This document shows positions 19,010 to 31,176 of a stretch of DNA of 64,000 bases, one piece after another (within the stretch, counting starts at the first letter, position 1; the number at the start of each line of letters is the position of its first letter). Below the pieces are notes generated by a model. It had not been told where the DNA came from, made no database searches, and saw nothing but the letters and a program-made list of their open reading frames with translations. Both the position numbers and the translations under genes were made by a program. The DNA is from Candidatus Velthaea sp. (GTDB lineage Bacteria; Vulcanimicrobiota; Vulcanimicrobiia; Vulcanimicrobiales; Vulcanimicrobiaceae), in the NCBI GenBank assembly GCA_050012475.1, contig JBEKHC010000013.1:1-64000 (forward strand), in the 5' to 3' direction.

Positions 19010-19867
19010 ATGAGCGCTTCGAGCAGTATCACCCGTCGTCGCTTCATCGGCGCCACAGCGGCACTCGCCGCGGCTCCGTGCGTGCCGCGGAACGCGAGCG
19101 CGGCCTCGTCGTACGCGCAGTCCGTGCTCGCGAAAGGACCGGTTGGATTTTGGCGTCTCGCCGAGCGCACCGGGACGACCGCCTCCGATGCCTCGTCAGG
19201 CGGTCGCGCTGGGTCCTATCGAGGAAACCCGACGCTGGGCGAGCCCGGCGCGCTGGCCCACGATAGCGCGACCGCCGTTCGTCTCGCCGGCCGGGGCGAG
19301 TACATCGAGATCCCAAACGACGAGGCATTCAGCCAACCCGCAAGCGGCCGCGGAATGACCGTCGAAGTGTGGATGCGTCCCGATGCGCTTACGTTCGCCG
19401 GCCAGACGTCGCAGAAGTACGTGCATTGGCTGGGCAAGGGTGATGCGGGTGCCTTCGAGTGGGGTTTCCGCTTTTATAGCAACGACTCGCCGTCGCGCCC
19501 AAGTCGCATTTCCGCGTATATCTGGAACCCTTCGGGCGGCGAAGGCGCGGGTGCGTATTTTCAAGATGAATTGGAAGTGGGGCGGTGGATTCACGTCGTG
19601 GCGTGTTACGATCCGGGCGACCGCTCCGATCCCGCGGCGGGCGTGAGTATTTACCGCGACGGCGTATTGCGCGCAGGTCCTCGCCGCAGCCGGGCCGCGC
19701 GCTACGCGAGCTACGATATCATGCCGGCGCACCGCGCCGCGCCGCTGCGGCTAGGCACCCGTGACTTGGCCAGCTTCTTCACCGGCGCGTTGGACGACGC
19801 GGCGATTTATCCCCGCGTGTTGAGCGCCGCTGAGATCGCCGACGATTATCGTGCAGGCGCCGTTTAG
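19010..19867 (+). CDS. Tat-exported LamG-like jellyroll protein
   Basis: TRRRFIG twin-arginine motif; GFWRLAE, TVEVW, WIHVVACYD, FTGALDDAAIY. Confidence 0.85.
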   Translation: MSASSSITRRRFIGATAALAAAPCVPRNASAASSYAQSVLAKGPVGFWRLAERTGTTASDASSGGRAGSYRGNPTLGEPGALAHDSATAVRLAGRGEYIEIPNDEAFSQPASGRGMTVEVWMRPDALTFAGQTSQKYVHWLGKGDAGAFEWGFRFYSNDSPSRPSRISAYIWNPSGGEGAGAYFQDELEVGRWIHVVACYDPGDRSDPAAGVSIYRDGVLRAGPRRSRAARYASYDIMPAHRAAPLRLGTRDLASFFTGALDDAAIYPRVLSAAEIADDYRAGAV

Positions 19868-20028
19868 CAGCAGATCATCGCAGGGTAAAGTCGGATTCGA
19901 ACCAGCATCGCGGGGCACGAACGAGGTGAACGAAGTACATCGGTATCGGGCAGCTGCAGGGTGTTGACGCATGCCGCCGGCAAAACATGTCTTCGCGATC
20001 GTAAACGACGGCCGCGACATCGATGAAT

Positions 20029-20769
20029 TTAAAGCGACTGCAGGCCGCCAATCATCCAGCTTGATCCTGAAATCAGCAAGGTTTCGCCAAACTCGGACCA
20101 ATTTGGCAGCGCCTTCGGATCGGCGATCAGGTGCGGGACCCAAACCAACGCTGCAAAGAGCAGCAGCATCAAGGTTAGTAGGCATATCGTACGTCGTACT
20201 TCACGATTGATCAGGATGGCAACCGCTGCCAGGGCAAACGCTGCCGTCGTCAATAAGGCCCAAAACATTTGGCTTGGCGGAATCCAGGTTGGGACTAGAT
20301 GAGCTGTCGCACGGAGATAGACTGCCTGCTCTAGGGCGAATGACACCGCGGAGAGGCCCAGCCCAACTCGTGCCGCGCGAGCGAGTGACGCCAACCGCCC
20401 CGCGTTCCGTTCGGTATTACCGTACGCCGCCACCGCGCCGCTCAGGTAGGCCACGTGCTCGAAGAAATTCCCGTATCCCACATAAACGGCCGGCGCGGCA
20501 ACAATGGCCGGAATGCACGCCAGCGTGAGGAGGAGGTATGCGACACCGATCACGGCCGACGCGACGCGCACCGTACGCCGGAACAGCAGCCCAAGTCCGC
20601 CGCCGACTTGAGCGATCCCGATTGACGCGCCGACGATTGTGGGGACGGCGAGCCCCCTGATTTGCCGCGCGGATTGCCACAAATCGGAATTGTGCCAGCT
20701 CAGTCCAACGACGCCGCAAAGCACCGCCGACGTGGCGAAAAGCACCCGCCCGTACGACGATACTTTCAT
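20029..20769 (-). CDS. DoxX-like multipass membrane protein
   Basis: Multiple TM segments; TAHLVPTWIPPSQMFW motif. Confidence 0.75.
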   Translation of the reverse strand: MKVSSYGRVLFATSAVLCGVVGLSWHNSDLWQSARQIRGLAVPTIVGASIGIAQVGGGLGLLFRRTVRVASAVIGVAYLLLTLACIPAIVAAPAVYVGYGNFFEHVAYLSGAVAAYGNTERNAGRLASLARAARVGLGLSAVSFALEQAVYLRATAHLVPTWIPPSQMFWALLTTAAFALAAVAILINREVRRTICLLTLMLLLFAALVWVPHLIADPKALPNWSEFGETLLISGSSWMIGGLQSL

Positions 20770-21572
20770 GGAGGCAGCGGCGCCGGCAACCTGGCCGCAA
20801 AGGGACCCTTCACCATGCCCTCTCGAAGCGAGCGAGAACATCGCACCATCCGGGCCGTTTTCGGAAACAGAGCAGCAGCGTCGACGCGGCGGTCACGTCC
20901 TTCACGAACGAGCATTGCCGAGAAGCCGTTCTTCATCCACTCCACCCGATCCACTCAGCGTATGAGCGCACGAGCTTGTGGACGAAGCTGACACCCTCCC
21001 TCAGAGAAGGCACGGAACGGGTGTCGCACTCGACCACGCTGTCTACCTTCCCCGCGGCGCTCCGGTAAGCGGTGCTGCTCGCGATTTTTCAGTCAACGTG
21101 AGTTCAACCCACCGAAGACTCGCCGACGGCTCCAGTTGTTCTCGTGGTCGGCAACGCGAAGATATTGCTGCGACAGTTGCACGGGAGAGTGAGCTACTGG
21201 AAGTTCTTTACATGGATCCGCGCATGATCGCCACCGTGAGCGACGAGATCGATTCGACGCTGGCAATGAGCTTTCGAATAAATTCGAGTAAAGAAGAGCG
21301 CTTGGGACTGTTTCATCCGCCCTACCCAACCAAGCAAAGCAGAGGCGCCTTGTCATCCACGATAGGCATGGTTGTAGCCGCTTTCGGTGGGTCGGGGACA
21401 CGCCCACGCCGCGCGTTTTTGTAGCGATCGCGGGGCACCAGACGCGCGCCTGCCGACAGCCCTGTGTTTCGGACTGCGCCACAACCGGCGCATGTTCGAC
21501 GGTGTATGTCGACGGTGTATTACGAAAATGCGACGGTGCACGGTTATCGGGCGGCCTGCCGATAACGCAGAT

Positions 21573-22484
21573 ATGCCGTTGAATTTTCGTGCTCGCTTAC
21601 TCTCTACATGTCGCGTGATACTCTTGGCCGGATTCGCGGCCGCGTTCGACGGTTGCGGCGGCGGTGGAGGGCTTGCCCAGCTGCCGCCGGTCACGCCGCA
21701 ACAGGCGGCGACCGTGTCGAAAGCCGTCAAGGCCACGACCTTCTACGTCCAGCTGCATCCGGCGGACGCACCGAACCGAGCGCTGCTGCAGACGCTTCAC
21801 GATCAGTGGCACGCCGGCGGCATCCGAATGGACTACATCGTCGGCAACTTCGCGTTCTACGATGCGCTCATCGCCGATGCGAACGCCGTCGGCATGAAGC
21901 TCGACCTGATCACGCCCTACGGAACGGCCGACTCGACTCCGGCTTCGTACGCTGCGGCCGTCGCGACGGCCGCGCAGCGGTACGCCGGCAACAGCATCAC
22001 CTGGGAAATCTACAACGAGCCGAACCTCAACTTCCCGAGCAGCCTCGGCTCCGGGCTTGACGGATACGTCGCGCTGGCAAAATCGACCGCGTTAGCGATC
22101 CGCGCCGCCGACAAATCGGCGACGATCATCACCGGCGGCACCGGCGGGAACGACACGAAGGACTTCAGTTTCGCGATCGCCGCCGGCAAGGCGCTCGCGC
22201 CCTACGTGGACGGCGTCTCGATCCATCCGTACAGCATCGACTACGATTCGTTCGGATCGGCCATCGTGGAGGTCAACGCCGCCACCGGGTTGACCGTATA
22301 CATCTCAGAGTGGGGCGACAACAACCAAACCGGCCTCACGCAGGCCATGCAGAGCGCTCGCGGACTTACGCCGATGTTCTGCGTGTACGAGTATCAAGAG
22401 CAATCGAACGAAATCGCCAGCGGCGACCCGAATTGGAGTCTCAAAGACGGCGCGTGGCAAGCATTCGCGGCGGGAACGCAGTAG
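21573..22484 (+). CDS. Clan GH-A glycoside hydrolase (GH5/GH39-like), lipoprotein-like
   Basis: WEIYNEPN (acid/base), SIHPY, YISEWG (nucleophile); signal ending in GCGG. Confidence 0.8.
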   Translation: MPLNFRARLLSTCRVILLAGFAAAFDGCGGGGGLAQLPPVTPQQAATVSKAVKATTFYVQLHPADAPNRALLQTLHDQWHAGGIRMDYIVGNFAFYDALIADANAVGMKLDLITPYGTADSTPASYAAAVATAAQRYAGNSITWEIYNEPNLNFPSSLGSGLDGYVALAKSTALAIRAADKSATIITGGTGGNDTKDFSFAIAAGKALAPYVDGVSIHPYSIDYDSFGSAIVEVNAATGLTVYISEWGDNNQTGLTQAMQSARGLTPMFCVYEYQEQSNEIASGDPNWSLKDGAWQAFAAGTQ

Positions 22485-22503
22485 CTCAGGCTGCCGGTTC
22501 TCC

Positions 22504-22715
22504 CGCGTCCTCTCTCTTTCTGCAGCACGAAGGCTGCCGGCAGGACTCCGCGACCGACGACGTCGCGCAAACCATCGTTACCTCGATCCTGCAGCATGAA
22601 GGCTGCGGCAGCCTCCGCGACCGACGATGTCGCGCAAACCGTCGTTACCTCGACGCAGCCGTCAGGCGTATCGACTCCGCAGCACTGCCGGAGATCGACG
22701 CGCAGTGGAAAGGCC
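22504..22715 (+). repeat. Degenerate copy of the GHKL gene 3' end with an internal ~69-bp tandem duplication
   Basis: CTCTTTCTGCAGCACGAAGG..GTCGCGCAAACCATCGTT..ATCGACTCCGCAGCACTG..ATCGACGCGCAG matches 15244-15419. Confidence 0.85.
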
Positions 22716-23081
22716 GGCGAAACGGGCTTCGCGATCGATCTCCGGTCGGAATAACCGCGAGCGGAATGCGGTTTGGCCGAGTCGCCGCCGCAGGTCGCGC
22801 CCAGTGCAGTCGGACCGCGAAAACACCGCCACCTCAGGTTTGCGGCGGGGAGTTGACATGGGTGGTTGCTTCGGCATCGCCACTGCGATCGCGGCTTGAT
22901 ATACGTTAGCACGTGGGCCGCTCGGCCAAATGCGTTAGGCGCGACGTGAACCTTGGCGCGCAAGAGTTGAATCCTATCTGATCGCGACCGCGCACCCCGC
23001 GGCAAATCATCGGGCCATTCGCACGCCAGGCTCCGCAGCACACGGCGGCGGATCACGCGCCAGCGATGATCGGCGAACGTC

Positions 23082-23285
23082 TTACGCTGCGTTGGGGTTG
23101 AGGCGCGGATAGAAGCGCGAGAGCCAGTGCACGATCTCGGCTCGTGCGACCGCCGAGTTCCCGAGTTGGCAATGCTGTTCCGCTCCCTCGAGAGCGGTGA
23201 AAACGCGCGCCGTTACCGATTGTGCGCACACGAGTTCCCGCATGATGCGGTGAATATATGAGATGGTGAAGAGATGGTGCTGCAA
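23082..23285 (-). pseudogene. C-terminal relic of an alpha/beta hydrolase
   Basis: FTALEGAEQHCQLGN..WL resembles the catalytic-His end of a/b hydrolases; no N-terminus. Confidence 0.4.
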
Positions 23286-23400
23286 GACGAAGCGACAAAG
23301 GCCGAATCGCGAGGTACCGATGTTCGGAGATATCGGCCCGCATAATCGTCTATGCCGGCGAGCTCTCGATGAGCGACGTGGCGAAGTCCGCGACTGTCTT

Positions 23401-25080
23401 CTATTTCACGAGGGGCGTGTGGGCGTTATACAGACACCAGCCGTCTCGTCCGCTTTGTTTCGCCGTGTACATTGCCGCATCGGCCTGTTGGATGAGCGCG
23501 TCCGCGTCCAAGCAGTTATCCGGGAAGACGCTGATCCCGATGCTGCACGAGATCGCAACTTGCTGTCCGCCTAGTTCGAGCGGAACACGAACGGCGGTTC
23601 GCACGCGCTCCGCGATCTGCACGACGTCTGCCTGGCACGTCGCCGCGCAAGCCAGCACGAACTCATCGCCGCCGAAGCGGCTCGCAATATCGCCGCTGCG
23701 CAGAGCGGAATTGATGCGCGCCGCAGTTTGCGTCAGTAGCGCGTCGCCCGCGTTGTGACCGAAGGTGTCGTTGATCTTCTTGAAATGATCGATGTCCAGA
23801 TAGAGCACGGTGACGCCGGTTCCGGCCGACCGTGCTTCGTCCACGAGTTGAGCGAGCCGGTCGATTAGCGAGCTGCGGTTCGCGAGATTCGTGAGCGGGT
23901 CGTGGCGCGCTCGATGTGAGAGTTCGGCCGCGGAGCGAGCGAGCGCCTCTTGGGCGCGTTTGAGATCGTCGATGTCGGTGAGCGTATTGAGGCGCCGTCG
24001 CGGCATCTCGGCCGACTCGGGCAACACCACCGAGCGCGTCAGGAACCAGCGATAGTAGCCGTCGGCGCCGCGCACGCGTACCTCGTTCTGCTGGATTTGC
24101 AGCGGCGCCGCATGACTCGCGCGGATCAATGCTTCCACGAGGTGCACGTCGTCGGGGTGCACGAATCTGGCGCGCTGCCGTTTGGAGTGTAACACCTCCG
24201 TCGTGCCCGCAAAGCGTGCCCAGCTCGGGCTAATGTATTCAAGCGTCTCCTCGGCATCGCGAATCGCGATCATATGACCGAGATGATCGAGGACTGCTTG
24301 TGTTTTGCTAGCAAGCTTGAGATCGTGGATATCGGTGCACGAGGCGACCCAGCGCACGATCTGCCCGCGGTCATCGCATAACGGTTCAGCGCGCGACGCG
24401 AACCAGCGGTACATCCCGTCCGACGCGCGGCGGAGCCGAAGCTGCGTCTCATACGGCTCACCGTTCGCGCGAGCGGCTCGCCAAGCGTCCGAGCAGCGCG
24501 CGATATCGTCGGGATGCACGATCGAGAGCCAGCCGTCGCCAAACGATTCCTCGGGGCTGAGGCCGCTATAGTCGTACCAAGTTCGATTTCGAAAGTCGCT
24601 CGATCCGCTTTCGCTGACGACGAAGACGATTTGCGGCATCGCGTCAGCGAGCAGTCGGTACTGGCGTTCGCTTTCGCGCAGTGCCCTTCGCGCTTCACGC
24701 CTCTGGGTCGCATCGTCGAGTCTGGCAATGATTCCGGCGACGTTTCCGTCGGCATCGAGCAGCATCCGTACGGTGGTGTCAGCCCAGAGCTGCGTGCCGT
24801 CTTTCCGCAAAAAACACCATTAACCAACGACTTCGCCGTTTTCGGCACGCTCGTGGCTTGGCAGTGAAAGCGTGGCACCCGCGGCATGCGGTCCGTCGGC
24901 GGACAGGAACGCCGAAATCGGCTTGCCGAGCAGCTCGTTCCACGAGAAGCCCATCATTTGCACAATCTTCGCATTGACGAACGTGGTCTGCCCCGCACTA
25001 TCGCACAGCCAGACTCCCTCGTTCGATGTTTCGACGATGAGTCCGAAGCAACGTTCAGACTCCCGGCTCAGGCGGTCCAT
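23401..25080 (-). pseudogene. Multi-PAS diguanylate cyclase interrupted by an in-frame TAA (24820-24822)
   Basis: ORFs 24820-25149 and 23401-24810 are in the same frame: ENGEVVG*WCFLRKDG; intact SRFGGDEF. Confidence 0.8.
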
Positions 25081-26198
25081 CCTGCTCAGCGGGCAGGTCC
25101 GGATGTCGGGCACGCGGCCAGGCCGCAAGCCGCCTGGGATGCCCGGCACGGAGAGCAGCTGCGGCGAGAGATGCGCAGCGAGGCGATCACGGCAGACGGA
25201 TTACCTGTAAGCGGCCGGTACATCGCGCGCAAAGAGTTCGCTAGCCGGCGCTCTAAGACTGTCGCAAAGTGCAACTACCATTGTACGTACCATCGGCGTT
25301 GCGGCCACAACGGACGAGGCGGTCGGAGGCCTTGTTGTTAGGGTTCCGTCAAAGCTTATTATGTAGCGGCCCGATAAACATCCAGCGCCCGGACCGATTA
25401 CATCACGAGCTACTATCGCTGGCAGGGCGACAAACGGGTCGCCAAGGGCAAATTCCGACCGCTGCGCCGTCCGCTGCCCTCAGCGCGGCGGGCTATCAAA
25501 GTAAGCGCGCATCACGGCCTGCCTCGTTCGGTCGATGGGCGTGGCGCTATTGTGCTCTGTCGCGCTCCTCGGTTCGATCGAACCTCTCCCAAGCGGCTCG
25601 CAGACGGCGTATTCCGAGATCGAGAACAACGGATTACGCCTATACGCGCGCGCTGCGAGTGGACGCCGGCTACGCGGAGCTCGTCCAGCACAATCCCCTT
25701 CGCGGTATGCTACGAAACGCACGGCCGCGATGAACCATATTCGCTCCGCGAGCTCGCGCGGATCGTGCGCCGCAGCGTGACGGAGATCCGCAGGGACGCC
25801 CGCCACGTCGAAACGTTAGACCGGTTGCGTCACCGGGCGTACGCGGTCATCTGCGAGTATCGCAGCGGCCGTCGGGAGACGTAGAAAGACCCGTACGCGG
25901 ACGCGGAGGTTCGCGACACCGCCAAGAGCGTCGCCGGCTGGGTTTCGTCGCGTTACGTCGGCGGCAACCCTCTCGCGGGTTCGGGCCCAGAGCGCGGCAC
26001 GCCGCGACAATGACCGCCAGCGCGCCACGGCGGCCTGCAGAACGCGCGGCAAGATCCCGCGCGACGATTAACTTGCCGAACCGCATGTTGCCCGCGTTGC
26101 CTGCGCGCCAGCCGAATAGTCCCAAGCCGCAAGAGCCCTGCGACTGGAAGAATACCGCTTGACCCATCCGTCGGCATGCGGTTAGGCGTACAAGAAAC

Positions 26199-27058
26199 GT
26201 GCGACCCTCGATCAATCGAACTGACGTCGAGTTGTTTTTGACGCTCGTAGCGGCCATAGGCGGATCGCTTGCCGCAGTCAGCGCGTTCGTGGGGGCATCC
26301 TACGAGAAGGCGCGAGTCGATTTGGAGCGGCGGCCCGCGATCCATTTGTCCTGCCGTCCTGAGTTCGCGCCGCTCGACGTGGCCGAACACGCACCGCCGC
26401 CCGCGCAGACCCTGTTACTCACGGCCCGAGGCGGCCAGTGGGTGCACAACAGCGGGCCAACTCCGTTCGCTCGCTGCGCGGTAACGAATTACGGTCACAT
26501 TCCCGTTCTCGACGTGCGAATTCCCCTGTTTCTCTCCTTCGGCCCGGGCCGGGCCCCGCAGTCCATTGCGACGGTCATCGACGTTCCGGGTCTAGCCGCC
26601 GACGCATCGTTCGATTTCGGGTTGCTCAATGGGTCCCGGTCGCGCCTGACATATCGCTTCGGTCGCGCGGCAAACCTCGCTCGCGTGGATCTCGACGCGC
26701 CGACGAAGGAACGATTGTTCGCGGACGACGGGGTCGCGGAACTCGAAACGCGCTCCGTCGATCCCTCTTCACCAGACTCCGGCAGGGCATCGGCGGCACC
26801 CAACACGACGGTCGACATCATCGACTTTGCGTACCGTCCGCGCGAGTTGAAGGTTGTCGTTGGCACAACGGTTACCTTTGTCAACAATGACGCCGAGCCG
26901 CACACGGTCACCGCGCTCGACCGAAGCTTCGACTCGGGCGCGCTCGACGCGAAGAGTGCTTGGAGCCGCCGCTTTCAGAAGCCGGACGGTATGGGTTCCT
27001 ATGCGGGTTTCATCCGTACATGCGCGGCACCATCGTCGTGAAAGGCGCCGCGAGATAA
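26199..27058 (+). pseudogene. Membrane-anchored cupredoxin-domain protein with a frameshift near 26983
   Basis: VTFVNNDAEPHTVT..FDSG; the alternative frame supplies RYGFLCGFHPYMRGTIVVK*. Confidence 0.8.
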
Positions 27059-27237
27059 CTCGCGGCCCTTCGCGCGACGGGCAATAACGTACGGCGCTGG
27101 ATCGAACCTCGTATAATCGCGTAATCGCGGCAATCGACCAATGCGGCCAGCACGAACAACGCTGGAGGAGACTGGTCCGAAGTGACGGGCGGACGTACAA
27201 CGGCGACGACCCTCACGTAGTCGAAGGAGATCCTCGA

Positions 27238-27864
27238 ATGTACAACTATTTCGCCGATCGGCGGCTGATACGAACGACAGCGTCGCTGGCAACGTTTATG
27301 CTTGCCTCCTCGCTGATCTTAACGCTGGCCGGCGTCGCGCCAGTCGACGCTGCAGATGCGAACGCATCGCGTTCGCCGGATCCGCGGGCCATCGCGCTCA
27401 TTGACCAACGCGGCGTTCCGTTTGCGCTGCGCGACCTGCGTGGCGGGCCCGTAATCGTGACCTTCATCGCGACGCGTTGCCTGGATGCGTGTCCGATCGC
27501 AAACGCGCTCTTTGCACGCCTGCGGTCGCGGCTCGACCGCGACCATATGGCGGCGACGCTGCTGACGTTGACGCTCGATCCGCGCTATGATACACCCGTT
27601 GTAATGGCCCGCGAAGCACGCCTCCTCGCCGCACGCGTACCGGGCTGGCGGTTCGCCACCGGTTCGCCCGACGCAGTCCGCGCCCTCATGCGCGCCTTCG
27701 GCGTTGACGTCCGGCCCGATCGCCGCGGTGTGCCCGACGTGCACACGACCTTCGTTTACATCCTCGACGCGCGCAGCCGACTGGCGCGCACCTTGCTGCT
27801 CTCAACGACGTTCGTGGACGAGGCCGCGGAGATGCTGCGCGACCCGGCTTTGCGCTCTGGCTGA
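27238..27864 (+). CDS. SCO1/SenC family copper chaperone
   Basis: TRCLDACP (CxxxC), TLDPRYDTP, conserved H in VHTT. Confidence 0.9.
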   Translation: MYNYFADRRLIRTTASLATFMLASSLILTLAGVAPVDAADANASRSPDPRAIALIDQRGVPFALRDLRGGPVIVTFIATRCLDACPIANALFARLRSRLDRDHMAATLLTLTLDPRYDTPVVMAREARLLAARVPGWRFATGSPDAVRALMRAFGVDVRPDRRGVPDVHTTFVYILDARSRLARTLLLSTTFVDEAAEMLRDPALRSG

Positions 27865-28047
27865 GCTAGGATCGACTTGTCTTTCGCCACATTAACGTAC
27901 CTTTGTTCGCCGTCAGGTGCCACGAAACAGCAAGCTATAATGCAAAGACCGATTAACAGTGTAGCTTTTGGTCAAGGGCCCTGTACGGCACGTTCGTCGG
28001 ATTTCCGATACACTTGATGTTAGGCAACTGCTGCACAAGGAGTTCAG

Positions 28048-30444
28048 GTGCTCGCGTTTTGGCGCAATCGGAAGATTGGATTCAAGGTACTGACAGCTTT
28101 CGCAACGGTGATACTCTTGTTCGTCGCGGCGCTTGCGGCGGTTTACACGATTGACACACAGGCCGACAAGATGCAGGCTTTTCAGGATACCAGGCTCCTC
28201 CCCGCTCAAACCGCCATGATGCAGCTGCGGTACACCCTGCGACGCGCCGACGACGACGGTGCCTATTTTATCCTCGAGAAGCGTCCGGCCAAAGCAGCCG
28301 CGGACATGAGCGCCTACCGTAAAGACGTTGAAGATCTTTCGAGGACCTTGGCCCAGGCGGGGCAATATGCGAATAGTGACGTTCAGCGTCAAACGATTGC
28401 CGAGTACCACAGTTTCCTGGATGGCCCAGACGGATATTTAGCCAGCAACAAAGCGGCATTTTTGCTCAAAGTACGAGGCAGGTTCAGCGAAGCGGCAATC
28501 AAGTACGCTGACACCTCGATGACGAAGCTTGTTGCCGCAGGGCTACGATATCAGAACGACGCCGCGGTCCAATTTTCGGCGAGTGATGAAGCTCAGGGGC
28601 GCCTGGTATCATACGGGCACATCCTTAGCATTGGCTTAGCAACCGTCGCGCTGGCGGTAGCTCTCCTCATTGCTGTATTACTGTCGGGCGGCATCTCGCG
28701 CGCGGTCGGCGGAGCGACGGAGGCGATCGGGTCGATCGTCACGGAAGACATCGCGTCCCTGCGTGACAGCATCAAAAAGCTCGCCGACGGAGACCTTACG
28801 GGTTCATTCCTGTCGGAGCGGCCGATGCTGCCCGTGACGGGACGAGATGAAATCGGAGCACTCGCTACGTCGTACAACACCCTTGCCACCGCCCTAAACG
28901 ACACGGCTGTCGAATATTTAGCGGCGGCCAAGAATCTGCGCACCCTTATCACCACCGTTTCGATGACGAGCCAGTCACTTGCAACAGCATCCGACCAAGC
29001 TTCGGCTGCAACCAAACAATCGTCGTTCGCAATTGACGAGATCGCTCATGCAGTCGAATCGGTCGCCTCCGGCGCTCAGGTCCAATCAGACCAGGTCGGC
29101 GACACGGCCACCGCGATCGAGGAGTTGGCTCGGACTGCCGAACAGATCGCCACGGTTGCCACGCACCAAGCGTCGACAATCGCGAAGACGACGTTAGCCA
29201 TCTCGACGCTAGATAATGGGATCGTCGAGCTGACATCACAAAGCGCGTCGCTAAGCTCAGCTGCGCATGAAGCCGCGAGCGAAACGCAGCGCGGAACCGA
29301 CGCGGTGTCAGCGACTGCCTCAACAATGGCCTCGCTGAGGGAGGCTTCCCTCAAGGCCGTAACAGCCATGGAAACCCTCGAAGACCGAACCTCGAAGGTT
29401 GGCGAGATCGTCGAGACCATTGACGATATCGCCGATCAAACGAACCTCCTGGCGCTCAATGCCGCAATTGAGGCAGCGCGGGCGGGCGAGCATGGCCGGG
29501 GCTTCGCCGTCGTGGCCGACGAGGTGCGCAAGCTGGCGGAACGCAGCGCTCGGGCAACCAAAGAGATCTCCCAGATTCTGGGCGACATTAAGTCGGAAAC
29601 CGCCACTGCGGCCCGCGCGATGCGCTCGTCGTCAGCCTCGATGGACTCCGGCATGGACGTTTCCCAACACGCTGCGCAATCACTTTCGGCTGTTGGCGGG
29701 ACGATATCCGAAACAGAAGCCATCGCCGATTCTCTTGCGAATCGCGCTCGCGAAATGCAAGACGCTTCGACTAATGTGAGCACGAATATGACCAGCGCCT
29801 CAGCGGCAGTCGAAGAAAACGCAGCCGCTGCTTCAGAAATGCGCTCGACGACCGAGCACCTGACCAGCATTATGGTGCCGATAGCGGAAACAGCTTCACG
29901 AAATGCGGAAGCCGCACGCGCCGCTGCCGTCTCGACCCGCCAACTCGCGAGCGGGATTGCAGAGATCGACGCCACGGCCCGCACCCTGCGGGACAACGCC
30001 GAGCAACTCTCAAGGGTTGTCGCGACCTTTACGATCGGCGAATCCCTTGCGGCGAAAGCACCTGAGCCAGTCGACTTCGACGCAGCGACCAAAGCGCACG
30101 CAGACTGGAAGCTCAAGCTCCAAGTGTATATTAAACGTCCTGATCGCAGCCTGAAGCCAAGCGTGGTCGGTGCAGACAATCTTTGCCCACTGGGCAAGTG
30201 GCTGCACGGCGACGCCAAGAAGCAGTTTGGACACTTGCCGGCGTTCTCCACACTGGTGAGCGACCATGCGCGATTCCATAAAGCGGCGGCAGATGTTATT
30301 GAGCGCGCCGATCGCGGCGAATCGGTCAAGGAGGAAGTCACCTTGGGTACGGCGAGCTCGTTTGGGGCGGCGTCGCTCGCCGTTTCGATATCGCTGGCAG
30401 CGGTGCAACAGATCGCGGAGCGTAAGGTCAAAGTCGTCGCCTGA
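28048..30444 (+). CDS. Methyl-accepting chemotaxis protein with C-terminal CZB domain
   Basis: 2 [61 protein letters not shown]. Confidence 0.92.
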   Translation: MLAFWRNRKIGFKVLTAFATVILLFVAALAAVYTIDTQADKMQAFQDTRLLPAQTAMMQLRYTLRRADDDGAYFILEKRPAKAAADMSAYRKDVEDLSRTLAQAGQYANSDVQRQTIAEYHSFLDGPDGYLASNKAAFLLKVRGRFSEAAIKYADTSMTKLVAAGLRYQNDAAVQFSASDEAQGRLVSYGHILSIGLATVALAVALLIAVLLSGGISRAVGGATEAIGSIVTEDIASLRDSIKKLADGDLTGSFLSERPMLPVTGRDEIGALATSYNTLATALNDTAVEYLAAAKNLRTLITTVSMTSQSLATASDQASAATKQSSFAIDEIAHAVESVASGAQVQSDQVGDTATAIEELARTAEQIATVATHQASTIAKTTLAISTLDNGIVELTSQSASLSSAAHEAASETQRGTDAVSATASTMASLREASLKAVTAMETLEDRTSKVGEIVETIDDIADQTNLLALNAAIEAARAGEHGRGFAVVADEVRKLAERSARATKEISQILGDIKSETATAARAMRSSSASMDSGMDVSQHAAQSLSAVGGTISETEAIADSLANRAREMQDASTNVSTNMTSASAAVEENAAAASEMRSTTEHLTSIMVPIAETASRNAEAARAAAVSTRQLASGIAEIDATARTLRDNAEQLSRVVATFTIGESLAAKAPEPVDFDAATKAHADWKLKLQVYIKRPDRSLKPSVVGADNLCPLGKWLHGDAKKQFGHLPAFSTLVSDHARFHKAAADVIERADRGESVKEEVTLGTASSFGAASLAVSISLAAVQQIAERKVKVVA

Positions 30445-31176
30445 AACGATAAGCCGACGCGGTGTTCAATTGGCGCTGGGTCGACGCTCGACCAAACCTT
30501 GGGTGGGCGGAACGCCCCCCGCACGGCCAGGAATCTGGGCGACTGGGCGAGATTCTCTGCCGCGAGCTGGGCGGACGCCACGTCCGCGATGGGCTGCCCG
30601 GCGACTTCCGAGTACCGCCGGACGACCGCCATGAGCGTTGGCCTGAGCCAAAGGCGCGGCTAAGCACTGACCAAGCATGCGCCGAAACACACAGCATGAG
30701 GGTCGACCGGAGGCAAGCGACAAGGGCGGTGTTTCTCTTGAAGCGGCCGTTCATTACGCCACGCCTTCAGGGTCGTACCAAGCGTCGTGGCGATGTTCGT
30801 CTGGTTTTGCCGGTTGGCGCGGGTCCGTGCTACCCCCGGTAGTCGCCCGCGTTCGGTCTTTGCATCGTCGCTTCCATACACGGCTTCACGCTGGTTGATG
30901 GTCGAGCAGCTGTCGCCCCAGGATAGAGCTGACCCCGAACGTCGCATTTGCTCTTGGCGTGCGATGCTGGTTGGCACGGCGCTTCTCACCGTACCACGTA
31001 TGGGCGCCGTGCGTCGCACGTCGATCCAGCCCGCGCGGACGCGGCGCACCGTCGCGCCCAAAGAACGCCCCGCCATCGCGAGTATGTCGCCGATCTTTGG
31101 CGCAATTGCATTAGCGCGGAACGCGATCGGCCGGCGCCGGCCTGTCTCCGAGCGGTGCCTGCGACTATTGCAACCG

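Noticed and set aside
25333..25380. ykkC/guanidine-I riboswitch-like hairpin (TAGGGTTCCG..CGGCCCGA)
   Set aside because: The conserved 3' half (ACAC..GGG.AAAAGCCC) is absent and no clear gene follows; needs an Infernal scan
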